Shown: positions 62,715-64,000 of the stretch, one piece after another | Position numbering within the stretch: the first letter of the stretch is position 1 | Layout of the letters: each line of letters starts with the position of its first letter | Source: Octopus sinensis | Lineage: Eukaryota | DNA: 64,000 nt | Reading direction: 5' to 3' | NCBI RefSeq assembly: GCF_006345805.1 | Contig: NW_021826031.1 | Coordinates: 372,001 to 436,000 of the forward strand | Made by a program: the position numbers and the translations under genes | Notes under the pieces: generated by a model | The model's input: the letters and a program-made list of their open reading frames with translations, nothing else | Database searches by the model: none | What the model was told of the DNA's origin: nothing

Positions 62715-64000
62715 TGTCGCGACCCACGCTGGCGACCATCCCACGCTGGCGACCAGAGCGACCTTCATTGTTGACAAGATTGACAGGGCGACCTACATAG
62801 TTTGACACTAATTACTAACTAAAGATAATTGCTAAAAAATCAAAAAACTTAACATTTTTTATCTCTATTCATAGTAACTATTTCGTAATTCGAACTAAAT
62901 GTTTGTTAGGAAAGACAACAATTAATCTGTATTTAGACATTATATTTTTTACTTTTCCCTTTTCTTCATATGGGGATTCAATGACGGATTCGTCCCACAA
63001 TCTTTTATTATTCATTTCTAAAATAAATACATCGTAAATTTACCATTAAGTTCATCTTCGACAAACGATGCCTCGTTATTTTCATCTAAATTATAAATAA
63101 GATTATAACCTGGGATCGCCGAGTGGTGTGTCGTATTATAGGAAAAAGTTACTTTGTCTAAAATTGTTTCCAATTTTTACGTATTTTTTTATCTAGAGAA
63201 ATTGTACAATAAGACCGGTTTCAGTAGCATTTTGTATATTTGATTTTTAGAGAGGTCGAAATTTGTTCGTAATATGTCCGCCGTATTGTTTCCAATTTTT
63301 AGTTCCTTCTTTATCCATCAGTTTTGCCATACCACGTGTCAATATTTAGTTAAAGCGCTCAATTACACCCTAATTATTTCAAATTTAATCCTCGCATAGT
63401 TGAGCCATAAGTTGGTTTTTGAATTCCAACCCGTTGTCCGTTTGCAAGATCTGACAATATCCAATTTGATAAAACAATTTTTGAAATTTATTCACCACTT
63501 CTTCAATTAAATTTCAAGTCTTACCAGAAGCAGTTTTATTTTTTAAAGATTTGCAGACAACAAATTCGCTGTAGATGTCAATAATTGTCAGTATCCAATT
63601 AGATCCATCGTTAAACTCTTTATATCTTCTAACATCAATAAGATCCGCCTGGAATCTTTCATTGGGTTTTCCTGCAGTTACATGGTAATTAGAATCCGAC
63701 ACCTAGGTATATTTTTTTAAATACTTTCAATGGTAGGGCAAATTTACAAATTTCGCAGTCTTTTATAATTTGTTCGATGATTGGACGTTTTACAGTGAAA
63801 TAGAATTCACTGCACTTTTTCTGAAGCTTTCGTATTCCCCAGTGGGATTCTTGGTGAATGGCGAATGCTAGTGTCCTCATCTCGATTTCATTGTCCAGAC
63901 AAATGACCAATTTGTGTTTTTGGTTATTCTCGTCTTTAGATAAAGACTGAGTTAGGAGTCGCAAATATACCGATCATTAATAATGATAAATTGAGTCGCT
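62715..64000 (-). mobile_element. Degenerate rve-integrase DNA transposon (Ginger2/KRBA2-like); cut by the window end
   Basis: HHCC-type motif IHQESHWG..CEIC, RFQADLID..LTIIDIYSE, QTDNGLEF and GVIERFN. Putative TGT terminus with two cccacgctggcgacca repeats at about 62723-62754. Confidence 0.7.

Overview
This is an AT-rich eukaryotic nuclear window from a metazoan with a very compact gene structure. The spliceosomal introns I could resolve are only 23-32 nt. An ETS factor, ARID1, an EVI1/PRDM16-like zinc finger and the axonemal dynein subunit DNAI3 point to a ciliated animal; a dicyemid/orthonectid-type genome is an inference, not an identification. Recognisable host genes are FERRY3/C12orf4, the EVI1-like zinc finger, ECSIT, DNAI3/WDR63, an LRR protein, XPO1/CRM1, the ETS factor, COQ9, ARID1/osa, epsin, a four-RRM PABP-like gene and two coiled-coil genes. 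There are also decayed copies of WDR81, TUBGCP2 and a second ETS gene. Mobile DNA is abundant: eight CRE-clade non-LTR copies (one full-length, intact and carrying an N-terminal PHD finger), an RTE, an APE-LINE relic, two pogo/Tigger elements, three Merlin insertions, three hAT relics and a Ginger/KRBA2-like integrase element. The most striking structure is a ~2.9 kb direct duplication (20653-26267 and 28853-31739) whose inner boundaries coincide with the two ends of a 5'-truncated CRE. It looks like a gene-sized target-site duplication. All homology calls come from recalled motifs, not database searches. Boundaries of multi-exon genes are approximate, and some single-base homopolymer indels may be consensus errors.
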